Virus record (IMG/VR): IMGVR_UViG_2788500025_000001
Coordinates: 100,163-141,282 of that record
Strand: one strand, 5' to 3'
Source of the DNA: a virus
Length of the DNA: 41,120 nucleotides
Shown here: piece by piece, positions 1 through 8,326 of the stretch
Layout of the letters: every line of letters starts with the position of its first letter
How positions within the stretch are numbered: the first letter of the stretch is position 1
Program-made: the position numbers and the translations under genes
Notes under the pieces: generated by a model
What the model saw: only the letters and a program-made list of their open reading frames with translations
What the model was told of the DNA's origin: nothing
The model's database searches: none

Positions 1-1
1 G

Positions 2-1093
2 GTAGTAGACGACCCCGGACAAGTACCGGGTCACGGTCTGGCCTACAGTTTCTCCAATGGAGGTGAGCCCCCCGATGGAGGGTGTCGTCGGGTTCGCGTC
101 GATGAACACGTCGCTCTGCGTGTAGGTGTACGGCCCCGTGCCATCGGTCACGGTGTCTGGGGTCATGGAGGCTTCGATGTGGTAGCGACCTCCTTGTAGC
201 CCCAGCCCTGTGAGGATGTCGTTGGCGAACACGGTGATGGACATCCGTGCTTTTTGGCGGGCCGGGTAGTTGGGATCATCGACCCCGTAGTTAGAAATCG
301 TGAAGACGATGAACCCTGACGGAGACGTGTGAGTGGCGTCTCCGGTCAATGCGGGGGTCGTGTAGGTGTCAAGGACCGTGACCCCATCGGCGTCATAGAC
401 CGTGGCTGTGGCCGTGGCGTCCCCGCCGTAACCAGTGGTGTCCCCAGCGGTTGACAGGAGAGCCGCAGCCGCCAGCGTGGTGCTCTGGTTACTTCCAGCC
501 CAGCCGCCCGTCTTGAAGGGCGTTCCCTCTCCCCCGGACGGCGTGGAGATGCGCGTGGTAGACCGGGAGATGCCGTCAGACACGGCCTGGTTACCGGTGT
601 CTCCGTCGCTGGTGTTCCAGTGGGAGGCGTAGGTGGGCGGTGGCGGTGGTGGGAGTGGTGGAATGTAGACGGTAGCCACACCGCCCACATCGAGAACTTC
701 GACATCGGCTCCGACGAAGTTGACGACGGTGAAGGTGCCGAGTGACACCCCCTCGTCCTGGATCTCGATAGCACCACTCCCAGAATCAAAAGGGTCAACC
801 TCCTGCTCGACCACGATGTCCATGCCGGTCGCTGGATCAACGCCGGTCATGACTCCGTAGATCTGGTCCGCTGGGGTCAGGGCTCCGGGGATGGTGAACG
901 TGTAGGCGTACCTGCCTGGATCACCGCCCACGGCAGACATAGCGGTGCCTGCCACAGCAAGGGTCTGCTTTGCCCCTGTGCTGTCGAAGTAGAAGACCTC
1001 GATGGTGGACGAGGTCGGGGTGATGGGATCACCGTTCGCGTCCACATAGAGAACTGTGAACGTGAACGGCTGCCCGATGATGCCTTTGGCCAT
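2..1093 (-). CDS. Putative virion structural protein, runs off window start (>364 aa)
   Basis: Not in ORF track. ATG at 1093 opens a frame to the window edge: MAKGIIGQPFTFTVLYVDANGDP...IEIQDEGVSLGTFTVVNFVG...IPPLPPPPPPTYASHWN... Thr/Gly-rich, beta-strand-like, with a poly-Pro linker; lies 3 nt after the stop of 1097-1258. Confidence 0.75.
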   Translation of the reverse strand, partial: MAKGIIGQPFTFTVLYVDANGDPITPTSSTIEVFYFDSTGAKQTLAVAGTAMSAVGGDPGRYAYTFTIPGALTPADQIYGVMTGVDPATGMDIVVEQEVDPFDSGSGAIEIQDEGVSLGTFTVVNFVGADVEVLDVGGVATVYIPPLPPPPPPTYASHWNTSDGDTGNQAVSDGISRSTTRISTPSGGEGTPFKTGGWAGSNQSTTLAAAALLSTAGDTTGYGGDATATATVYDADGVTVLDTYTTPALTGDATHTSPSGFIVFTISNYGVDDPNYPARQKARMSITVFANDILTGLGLQGGRYHIEASMTPDTVTDGTGPYTYTQSDVFIDANPTTPSIGGLTSIGETVGQTVTRYLSGVVYY

Positions 1094-1096
1094 CGG

Positions 1097-1258
1097 CTAC
1101 CCCTCCTTCATGCGCTGGGCTTTCCACTCGTCTTCGGTCACCCACTTCTCCCCGTCCCACACCTTGTCATCCTTCATGTCCCCGACTTCGGGGGACAAGG
1201 GGGGTGGGGTAACGGTTTGGGGCCGGGTCAAGCCGAGACTGGTCTTTGAGAACGCCAT
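1097..1258 (-). CDS. Small hypothetical protein (53 aa, MAFSKTSLG...KVWDGEKWV...)
   Basis: Strong SD (GGAGGTGA) just upstream of ATG 1258; promoter-like motif at 1285-1299 (-). Confidence 0.7.
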   Translation of the reverse strand: MAFSKTSLGLTRPQTVTPPPLSPEVGDMKDDKVWDGEKWVTEDEWKAQRMKEG

Positions 1259-1284
1259 GGTCACCTCCGTACTACAGGGCGGCG

Positions 1285-1334
1285 ATAGGGGGGCCACCGA
1301 AAAAACTCCTTCCGGTGGCCGGTGGTGTGTCTAT
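1285..1334. promoter_or_regulatory. Divergent pair of putative late promoter motifs (CGGT-N7-CTAT)
   Basis: CGGTGGCCCCCCTAT on - (1285-1299) and CGGTGGTGTGTCTAT on + (1320-1334), between divergent genes. Confidence 0.7.
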
Positions 1335-1462
1335 TCCGCCTCCATAGGAACGAGAGGTTGTCCTGTCTGTAGGGCCACCGTTCGTCCGGGCTTGTTTCCT
1401 TCGCTTAACGGGGCCTCTGTGCCCGCCGTGCTTTCACACACCTTCGTACAGGAGCCTCTACC

Positions 1463-4138
1463 ATGGCACTTCAAGACAATAACCTCATGCTGCTGGACCT
1501 CTCTGATGGGTTCCCGCGCACCATCGACAACGCCAACGACACCATCGGTATCGGCGTTGACACCTCCTTCGCTCAGGACGTTTCGGTCGGCGGAACCCTG
1601 ACAGTCACGGGAGACATTATCTCCGGTGGCACGATGGACGTCGTCGTCACCGACAACTTCATCGACCTCTCCAACGGCCAGGTCAACGGCTCGAACAAGG
1701 CTGGTGGTCTGACGGTCAACGTCCAGTCCTCCATCGCTCGCGTCGGCGCACAGAACGCTGTGTTCCAGAGCCAGGCTCAGGCCACTGGTGCATTCGCTAC
1801 TCTCAGCATCCCCGGCTTTGACCCCTCGACCGGTGGTGTCGGTGGTGCTTCCCTCGCAGACGGCGACGTCATCGAAATCTCTGGCGCTGCTGACCTCGCA
1901 GGCAACAACGGCCTGTTCATCATCGAAGCCATCACCGCTGGTGCTGGTGGTCTGATCGAGATCAAGAACGCCCCCCAGACCCAGTCCCCCTGGGCGCAGA
2001 CCAACTTTGAGGGCGGCACCGAGACGGCTGCTGGAGCCTCGTTCGCTCCCGCTGTGGACCTCGGCGTCTTCTGTATCTCCGATGGCAATCTGCTCGACAT
2101 CGGCGGCAACACGATCCCTGTCGGCCAGTTCGTGTCGGCCTTCAAGGACGAAGCCAAGTTGAGCACCCTCGTCTACGAGGCTGCTGCCAACGTGTCCCTC
2201 CAGGAAGCGTACAACGTCGGACAGCAGATCCTTCTGGCCGATGCTTCGGGCAACCTGGACATCCGCACGGACGACACTGGCCCTCGTGCAGACTTCCTGC
2301 TCCAGAACCAGGCGGCTGCTGCGTCCTACCTCGCTACCTCCAGCGGCAGCCTCAAGGTTGGTGACGGCTCGACCATCAAGGTCAACATGGCCGGTCAGGT
2401 CAGCAGCGACGTCGTCTTCGACGGTGTTGGTGCTCGGACCATCAGCCAGGCTGGTCAGAACCTCACCATGTCTGTTTCGGGCGCGGCGAACCTGTCCCTC
2501 GCTTCGGCTGCCGGTCAGGTCAACCTCGACAGTGCTGATGCCAGCCGTTTCGCCATGGCTGCCAACGACGCCAACAACAAGGCTCTCGCGCTCATCGCTC
2601 AGAACGGTGGCGGTGGTGAAGGCAACCTGGCTCTCCAGGCTGACGACATCATCTCCTCTGCTTGTACGAACCTCAACCTCGGTGCGAGCGCCAAGATTGA
2701 TCTCAACTCGCAGGGCGCTGCTGCTGATGCCCTCGTGCTCCAGGCCCCCAACGGCTCCGCGCAGTTGAACGCTGCCAACGGCATCAACGTGACGGCGACC
2801 GGCGCTGCTGCTGCGGTGCAGATCGCCTCGCAGCAGGCTGGTGTGAGCATCACGTCCAACAACGCCGACGTGGACGTTGCGTCGTCGGGTACGGGCAAGG
2901 TGGACATCGACGGTGCGAACGGTGTGACCGTGAACGCCGCCGCTGGCGGTTTCCAGATCGAAGGCGCGGGTGCTCAGTGTGATGTTCAGGCTGATTCTCA
3001 GAACCTCCGGGTTCGGACGTTCAACTCGGGCAACCTGCTCCTTGACGCTGCTGGCAACGTGGCCTCGACGGCTGCTACCAACTGGGGCGCTACCGCCACT
3101 GCTGGTGACATGACCCTCGGTGCCGGTGCTGCTGGTTCGTTTACGGCTGCCACCACCATGACCGTTCAGGGCGGCGGCAAGTTGACGCTGACCTCGACCG
3201 CTACCGATGTTGACATCAACGCGGGCACCAGCCTCACCATGGATTCCGCCACCTCGATGGGCATCACCGCAGGCAACGGCCTGACGGCGACCGCTACCAC
3301 TGGTGACGCCCAGGTGATCGCCTCGGCTGCTGCGGCCAAGGCTGTCCTCCAGGCGAGTCAGGGTGAAGCGGAAGTCCTGGCCGCACAGGCTGTTCAGATC
3401 GGTTGTTCCGGGGGATCGATTGATCTCGTGGCGCAGAACGCTGCCAGCAAGATCATCCTCACCTCAAGCGGTACGGCTGCCGATGCGATCCACCTCAACG
3501 CCTCCGCTGGTGGTCTGGACATGGAGGCCAACAACGCGGTGTCGCTTGTGTCCGCTACGGGCAGCATCAACCTGGCTGCTTCTGCTGCCGGGCAGGATGT
3601 CGAGATCGACGCCAACGGCTCGTCGCACTTCAAGTTGGCGGGCGCTGCTGCGGTCCTGACTCTGGAGTCCACCAACGGTGGGCTGGCACTGAAGTCGGCG
3701 GCCAACGGCAAGATCGGGATCGACGGCTTCGTCGAAGTGGTCAACACCGAGTACGGTGCTGGCTACGAAGGTGTCGCCAAGATCACCATCCCCGCTGGCT
3801 CGGTCGTCATGGCCGAGGTTGGTGGTGCTGACCTTGAGGTCAACCTCGCGGCTCGCACCAGTGCTGGTATCCCGGTCGGCTTCTCCGCTGCCGGTGCTGC
3901 CAACCCCAACGACCCGATCATGATCCACACGCTCCAGGGATACCCGGTCAAGACCGGCCTGGCTGTGAACGCGGGCGACGTCGGCAAGTTCCTGTACCTG
4001 GACGCCGCTGGTGCCATGACGCTCACCGTGCCTGTGGCTTCCGGTGACTACGTCTGGCGCATGGGTGCCATCGTTGGTCGCGCTGGCGGAAACGCTGTGC
4101 TCCTGTGGGCACCGCAGTTCATCGCCAAGCGTCCGTAG
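1463..4138 (+). CDS. Putative head/virion fibre (891 aa): long Ala/Gly/Thr beta-repeat shaft with C-terminal capsid-cement (DUF2190-like) domain
   Basis: SD AGGAG; short beta-repeats throughout; C-terminal ~120 aa (GIPVGF...GKFLYLDAAGAMTLTVPVASGDYVWRMG...KRP) resembles the 138-aa protein at 5445-5861; followed by a terminator. Confidence 0.65.
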   Translation: MALQDNNLMLLDLSDGFPRTIDNANDTIGIGVDTSFAQDVSVGGTLTVTGDIISGGTMDVVVTDNFIDLSNGQVNGSNKAGGLTVNVQSSIARVGAQNAVFQSQAQATGAFATLSIPGFDPSTGGVGGASLADGDVIEISGAADLAGNNGLFIIEAITAGAGGLIEIKNAPQTQSPWAQTNFEGGTETAAGASFAPAVDLGVFCISDGNLLDIGGNTIPVGQFVSAFKDEAKLSTLVYEAAANVSLQEAYNVGQQILLADASGNLDIRTDDTGPRADFLLQNQAAAASYLATSSGSLKVGDGSTIKVNMAGQVSSDVVFDGVGARTISQAGQNLTMSVSGAANLSLASAAGQVNLDSADASRFAMAANDANNKALALIAQNGGGGEGNLALQADDIISSACTNLNLGASAKIDLNSQGAAADALVLQAPNGSAQLNAANGINVTATGAAAAVQIASQQAGVSITSNNADVDVASSGTGKVDIDGANGVTVNAAAGGFQIEGAGAQCDVQADSQNLRVRTFNSGNLLLDAAGNVASTAATNWGATATAGDMTLGAGAAGSFTAATTMTVQGGGKLTLTSTATDVDINAGTSLTMDSATSMGITAGNGLTATATTGDAQVIASAAAAKAVLQASQGEAEVLAAQAVQIGCSGGSIDLVAQNAASKIILTSSGTAADAIHLNASAGGLDMEANNAVSLVSATGSINLAASAAGQDVEIDANGSSHFKLAGAAAVLTLESTNGGLALKSAANGKIGIDGFVEVVNTEYGAGYEGVAKITIPAGSVVMAEVGGADLEVNLAARTSAGIPVGFSAAGAANPNDPIMIHTLQGYPVKTGLAVNAGDVGKFLYLDAAGAMTLTVPVASGDYVWRMGAIVGRAGGNAVLLWAPQFIAKRP

Positions 4139-4167
4139 TGATCTGAGGGTCTGACCCTCACTGTCAC

Positions 4168-4209
4168 GATGGCCTCCACCAGAATCCTGGTGGAGGCCAT
4201 CTTCGTTTT
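4168..4209 (+). terminator. Rho-independent terminator
   Basis: Perfect 15-bp stem GATGGCCTCCACCAG / CTGGTGGAGGCCATC, 4-nt loop, then TTCGTTTT. Confidence 0.9.
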
Positions 4210-4210
4210 G

Positions 4211-4225
4211 CGGTCATTTCTCTAT
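4211..4225 (+). promoter_or_regulatory. Putative late promoter motif
   Basis: CGGTCATTTCTCTAT directly after the terminator, about 32 nt before ATG 4257. Confidence 0.7.
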
Positions 4226-4256
4226 GCGGCGGGTAGGGTACGAACGGAGCAAAAAC

Positions 4257-4844
4257 ATGGCACGAAAGCAAGAAGCCCTACAGGATCAGACCACCACTGT
4301 TGAGCGGCGTGTGTTCCTGGGCATCGGTGACGCCGTGCTTCGGCTGATCCACGTTGAGCGCATGTACGCGGACGGCGTGGATCCCACACCTGAGTTGATC
4401 GCGGAGCGTAATCTCATCGTCCAGGCCCTGAACCAGCAGTACCAGTTGGACCTCGGTATGGACTGCGACATGGATGGCGTCCCAGACGTCATCGACCAGG
4501 ATGTCTCGATGATCACCCATGCAGCGCAGACCTCCTGCTGCCGTATCCTTCCCGATGGGGACAAGGGAGGATCACGCAAGGCTCCTGAGTCACGGGTCGA
4601 ACCGCTCCCTGAACCCACACCCCGGAAGAAGTCCCCCTCCCGCTCTGCGGCGGCGAAGAAGAAGCGGGCGGCGAAGAAGCCTGTCGAGGACCCCCCGAAG
4701 GCAAAGACCACCTCACGCAAGAAAACCACCTCACGCAAGAAAACCACCTCACGCAAGGCGGCCACGCCTACAAAGACCTCCACGAAGAAGGGGGGCGGGT
4801 TCCTGTCTTCCATCTTCGGATCTGACGAGGAGAGTTCAGAATGA
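4257..4844 (+). CDS. Hypothetical protein with Lys/Thr/Ser-rich (histone H1-like) tail
   Basis: ATG 4257 has SD GGAG; the track start 4224 overlaps the promoter motif. Contains DCDMDGVPD, KTTSRK x3 and C-terminal GGGFLSSIFG. Confidence 0.75.
   Translation: MARKQEALQDQTTTVERRVFLGIGDAVLRLIHVERMYADGVDPTPELIAERNLIVQALNQQYQLDLGMDCDMDGVPDVIDQDVSMITHAAQTSCCRILPDGDKGGSRKAPESRVEPLPEPTPRKKSPSRSAAAKKKRAAKKPVEDPPKAKTTSRKKTTSRKKTTSRKAATPTKTSTKKGGGFLSSIFGSDEESSE
4704..4757 (+). repeat. 3 x 18-bp in-frame tandem repeat (KTTSRK)
   Basis: AA[G/A]ACCACCTCACGCAAG three times. Confidence 0.95.
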
Positions 4845-5164
4845 CCATGATCCTACTGCTGGCTGCCTACGGCATCACCTTCGGCCTCATGAATGACAAA
4901 GCGAAGGTCCTCACCGACCTCGCAAAGCGCCTCCCCGTGCTACGGGACGAGGACGATGACAACCTCTTTGCCCGGATGCTTGCCTGCGCGTACTGCACAG
5001 GATTCCATGCAGGGTGGCTTGTGTGGTGCGTTGCGGTGCTACCTGAACATGTGGTGGCGGGTACGGTAGAGCCGTCCCTCGTAGGAGGCGTTGTCGCCTT
5101 CGCGTTCGCCTCCAGTGCTTTCTGCTACGGAGTGGACACCCTCATCCAATGGTTTGAGCGATAG
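4841..5164 (+). CDS. Membrane protein, DUF1360-like
   Basis: Hydrophobic helices plus the CxxCTGFxxG motif (CAYCTGFHAGW); ATGA overlap with the previous stop. Confidence 0.65.
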   Translation: MTMILLLAAYGITFGLMNDKAKVLTDLAKRLPVLRDEDDDNLFARMLACAYCTGFHAGWLVWCVAVLPEHVVAGTVEPSLVGGVVAFAFASSAFCYGVDTLIQWFER

Positions 5165-5166
5165 CG

Positions 5167-5445
5167 ATGTCATCAACAAAGAATGTGTCGTGCCCAGTGG
5201 ACACCCAAGGCGACTTTGGTTCCTATGCCAACGCCTTCCGCATCATGCAGGACGGCAACGACATCCTTCTGGACTTCTGTGTCTACTCGGAGCAGGACAA
5301 CGCGGCGAAGATCGTGTCCCGCGTTCGGGTGCCACCGACATTCCTCGGGGTGATCCTATCCAGGCTCCAGGAAGCCTTGAACATCGACCACAGCCCCGAC
5401 CAAGGCCGCCTCTATGTCATGCCTGAGATCAAGGGGATGAACTGA
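5167..5445 (+). CDS. DUF3467-like protein
   Basis: YANAFRI...ILLDF...KIVSRVRVPP pattern matches the DUF3467 signature as I recall it; tightly packed in the operon. Confidence 0.65.
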   Translation: MSSTKNVSCPVDTQGDFGSYANAFRIMQDGNDILLDFCVYSEQDNAAKIVSRVRVPPTFLGVILSRLQEALNIDHSPDQGRLYVMPEIKGMN

Positions 5446-5861
5446 TGCCGATTGGCCGCCGCCCATCCGTGACCTCATCAGGAGGGGTCTTCGTGTTCCC
5501 CAACACGACGGCGAGCGGTGCCGTCCGAGCCGGTGCTGCGGTAGCCCTCATAGATCTGGCGGGTGCTGCTCGCCTGGTCGAGTGCAGTGCCACCTCCAAC
5601 CCTGGTGGGTTCCAGGGGTTCGCCGTCGCGACGGTGGCTGACGGTGATCCTGTGGGGGTCATCACCCTACGAGGGTCGCTCGTGACCCCCATCCTTGAAG
5701 GAGGGGGAGCCTTGACGACGGGGCAGGCTCTGTTTTTGTCGGCTACTGCGGGAGAGGTCACCCACTCACCCCCGGCATCTGGGTATGTCCTCCGTGTAGG
5801 GGATTCATTCTCCACTACACAGATGTTCCTGAACACCGATGTCCGGGTCATTCGTCCGTAG
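5445..5861 (+). CDS. Capsid cement/decoration-like protein (DUF2190-like, 138 aa)
   Basis: GFAVATVADGDPVGVITLRG...LTTGQALFLSATAGEVTHSPPASGYVLRVG; TGATG coupling to the previous gene. Confidence 0.6.
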   Translation: MPIGRRPSVTSSGGVFVFPNTTASGAVRAGAAVALIDLAGAARLVECSATSNPGGFQGFAVATVADGDPVGVITLRGSLVTPILEGGGALTTGQALFLSATAGEVTHSPPASGYVLRVGDSFSTTQMFLNTDVRVIRP

Positions 5862-5903
5862 TGGCGAGGCGCGGGTACAGTCTCCCCCTACGGAGGAAGC
5901 AGT

Positions 5904-6824
5904 ATGACTTACGCGAAAGGCCAGTTTCAGTCCTATCGGGCTATCACCAAGATCCACCTCGGGGCGATCTCCGACAATCTCTCGGAAGGTGAGGAGATCG
6001 AATACGACGGGCATGTACTGAAGCGTGGAAGCGATGAACACTCTCTCCACAGCCTCCGTGCCGCCATCAAGGTGGGCTGGCTCGTGCCGGTCGAGGACAC
6101 CAGTAGCGCCTACGTCCCCCAGCCTGCTGGGGTCAAGGTCCACAAGGCCGATGGAACGGACGACCGCCAAGAGATCGACCTGGACACCGTGTTTGAGACC
6201 GATGTGAACGTCGGCACCCTCGACGAGGTGCGTCCTGATGCCGCACCGAAGACCCACAAGGCCACGGCTGCCGGTCAGCAGAACTCCAGTGAAGGCAAGG
6301 TGGTGTCCCGAATCAAGACCTCCGCGAAGTCGGACACGGTCCAGATCGGCAAGGACGACCGCCAGGTGGTCGCCTCCCTGGACAACAAGAGCGGGATCGA
6401 GGTGGAGCGCGTGGCTGTGGCCACGGGCGATGTCCAGGAAGCCATCGGCGGGGAGGACCTCACCGAACTTCTCCCTGACGCGGAGTCCGCAGGAATCCCG
6501 AATCCCGGCCCTTCCGGTGAAGGCGCTGGTGACCAGTCCGAGAGCCGTGCTCGCAGCGCGGCAGGGTCCACTGTTGGCGGTGCTGATGATGGTGTCGTCG
6601 TGGCCCGCATCGGGGAGACCAGCCCGGATCCCAGTGGTCTGACCCTCATTCAGCAGTTCATCCCCGACTTTGAGTGGGACATGAGCATCCAGTGGGCGAA
6701 GCGCGTCAAGATCGCTTGCGAGAAGTACGGCGACATCCCGGCGGTGCTTGACTACATCAACTCCGTCGAGACCGAGACAGTCAAGAAGCACCTCGCCAAA
6801 CGCCTCGCTGAGTCAAAGCGGTAG
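5904..6824 (+). CDS. Hypothetical protein (306 aa)
   Basis: SD GGAGG; host-like codon pattern; folded ends with an acidic/flexible middle. Confidence 0.8.
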   Translation: MTYAKGQFQSYRAITKIHLGAISDNLSEGEEIEYDGHVLKRGSDEHSLHSLRAAIKVGWLVPVEDTSSAYVPQPAGVKVHKADGTDDRQEIDLDTVFETDVNVGTLDEVRPDAAPKTHKATAAGQQNSSEGKVVSRIKTSAKSDTVQIGKDDRQVVASLDNKSGIEVERVAVATGDVQEAIGGEDLTELLPDAESAGIPNPGPSGEGAGDQSESRARSAAGSTVGGADDGVVVARIGETSPDPSGLTLIQQFIPDFEWDMSIQWAKRVKIACEKYGDIPAVLDYINSVETETVKKHLAKRLAESKR

Positions 6825-6833
6825 ACAGCCTAT
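6819..6833 (+). promoter_or_regulatory. Putative late promoter motif
   Basis: CGGTAGACAGCCTAT overlapping the upstream stop, about 30 nt before ATG 6863. Confidence 0.7.
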
Positions 6834-6862
6834 CCGTCAGCAGGGGGCAGGAGGAACATTTT

Positions 6863-7363
6863 ATGCGATACGTTCTACTTGCCTTTGCTCTGCTCTTTTC
6901 TGTCCCCGTGGCGATGGCCCAGGACGAGGCCCCGGCCCCGTCCGAAGAAGTGGCGGCCCCGGCTGAAGAGGCCCCGGCAAAGGTTGACGCCCCCGCCGAG
7001 GCCGAAACCCCATCCGCCGAGTCTGTTGAAGAAGCGGTTGAGGCTGTCTCGGACGAGGCCAGTGTCCTCGTAGACGCGATTCAGAGCAAAAACTGGGCAC
7101 TCGTGCTCGGCATGTTGCTCTCCCTGCTGGTGGCCGTGGCGAACAAGTTTGGCCTGAAAGACAAGGTCGGCGGCAAGGCCGTCCCCTGGGTCACCTCTGC
7201 TGTCGCGGTCGCGGGTGCCATTGGCGCATCCCTCATGGCTGGGATTTCCGTCATGGAGGCTGTCTCACAAGGGCTCGTCGCTGGCGTAGCCGCTATCGGT
7301 GGGTGGGAGATGGTGCTGAAGCACATCCTGGCCCCCAAGTCTGACCCTGCTCCCGCAGAGTAG
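6863..7363 (+). CDS. Membrane protein with signal peptide, acidic Ala/Glu/Pro linker and about 3 TM helices (possible holin-like)
   Basis: MRYVLLAFALLFSVPVAMA|QDE (AxA cleavage site); SD AGGAGG; hydrophobic C-terminal half. Confidence 0.6.
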   Translation: MRYVLLAFALLFSVPVAMAQDEAPAPSEEVAAPAEEAPAKVDAPAEAETPSAESVEEAVEAVSDEASVLVDAIQSKNWALVLGMLLSLLVAVANKFGLKDKVGGKAVPWVTSAVAVAGAIGASLMAGISVMEAVSQGLVAGVAAIGGWEMVLKHILAPKSDPAPAE

Positions 7364-7378
7364 GTCACAGGAGAAACC

Positions 7379-8014
7379 ATGAGCATTCAGCGTGATTCAG
7401 TCAAGCGGTTGGGAGAGGAGGCCACCATCGGTCTCGCTCTGGCCCATTCAACCGACCTCACTTCCTTGAAGGGAGAGGTGTTCATCGAGATGGTGGACGC
7501 CGAGTCGGGCGAGGTGCTGCACAAGGAGCACCGGCAGAATGTCATCACGCTTGATGCCGGTATCCTGGTAGCCATCCTGCTCCGTGATCCTGACTCCAGG
7601 GCTCACGGTTTCAACATGCTGTCCGTAGGTACTGGTGCTTCGGGGGCGTTGCTGTCCCCGAATGCTCCTGACCCCAGGCAGCGGAAACTCAATGCAGAGA
7701 TCGCCCGGAAGCCCTGGTCGAGCACCACGTTCCGTGATGCCAGTGGGGACGCGGTAGCGATCCCGACGAACATCGTGGACTACACCTGCACCTTCGACGA
7801 GGGTGAGGCTGTGGGGCCACTCAACGAGATGGGCATCCAGAGCACCATCTCAGCCAACCCGGCGATCACCAACCCCAACCCCAACGTGTTCCCCAACCGG
7901 GACGTGACACTCGATCTCACGTTGTACGACATCCTCGGCAACTACCTGACCTTCAGCGTGATCTCAAAGCCCAACACGGCGCGGCTCACGATCACCTGGC
8001 GGATCACCTGCTGA
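7379..8014 (+). CDS. Baseplate / tail-collar-like structural protein
   Basis: GEVFIEMVD...NVIT...VGTG...TFDEGEAVGPLNEMGI...ISKP...LTITWRI pattern typical of phage tail-fibre-anchoring baseplate proteins. Confidence 0.65.
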   Translation: MSIQRDSVKRLGEEATIGLALAHSTDLTSLKGEVFIEMVDAESGEVLHKEHRQNVITLDAGILVAILLRDPDSRAHGFNMLSVGTGASGALLSPNAPDPRQRKLNAEIARKPWSSTTFRDASGDAVAIPTNIVDYTCTFDEGEAVGPLNEMGIQSTISANPAITNPNPNVFPNRDVTLDLTLYDILGNYLTFSVISKPNTARLTITWRITC

Positions 8015-8028
8015 TGAAGGACTGAACA

Positions 8029-8057
8029 AGCCCCGCCAGGAGAATCCTGACGGGGCT
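8029..8057. terminator. Bidirectional terminator hairpin
   Basis: AGCCCCGCCAGGA-GAA-TCCTGACGGGGCT between convergent genes. Confidence 0.75.
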
Positions 8058-8076
8058 GTTCGTACCTCAGCGGTGG

Positions 8077-8217
8077 TCACTCAGCGGCGCTGTCCCCGGA
8101 GTCTCCGCTGTCAGCGGGCGCGGACGTGTCCTCGGAACCGGAGTCCTCAGAGTCCTTGTCGCCACAGCCGAAGGCAAAGGCCGCCATGAGAGGCAGAAGG
8201 TAGGTGTACTTGAACAT
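8077..8217 (-). CDS. Micro-lipoprotein (46 aa)
   Basis: Not in track. MFKYTYLLPLMAAFAFG|CGDKDSEDSGSEDTSAPADSGDSGDSAAE; SD GAGGAG; lipobox-like AFG-C at Cys18. Confidence 0.75.
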   Translation of the reverse strand: MFKYTYLLPLMAAFAFGCGDKDSEDSGSEDTSAPADSGDSGDSAAE

Positions 8218-8265
8218 GGTGTCTCCTCGTGGGCGGGTAAGAGATGCCCACGGCCCTCCCGACCT

Positions 8266-8293
8266 ATTGGAAGGCTACCGGTAGTGCTTCTAT
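8266..8293. promoter_or_regulatory. Overlapping divergent promoter motifs
   Basis: + CGGTAGTGCTTCTAT (8279-8293); - variant CGGTAGCCTTCCAAT (8266-8280); they share the palindrome CTACCGGTAG. Confidence 0.65.
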
Positions 8294-8326
8294 GGCCCTA
8301 CCAGGGGTGAGTCCTTTGGAGATCCT

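Noticed and set aside
4704-4757. Short direct repeats as a CRISPR array
   Set aside because: 18-bp in-frame coding repeats with no spacers and no cas genes.
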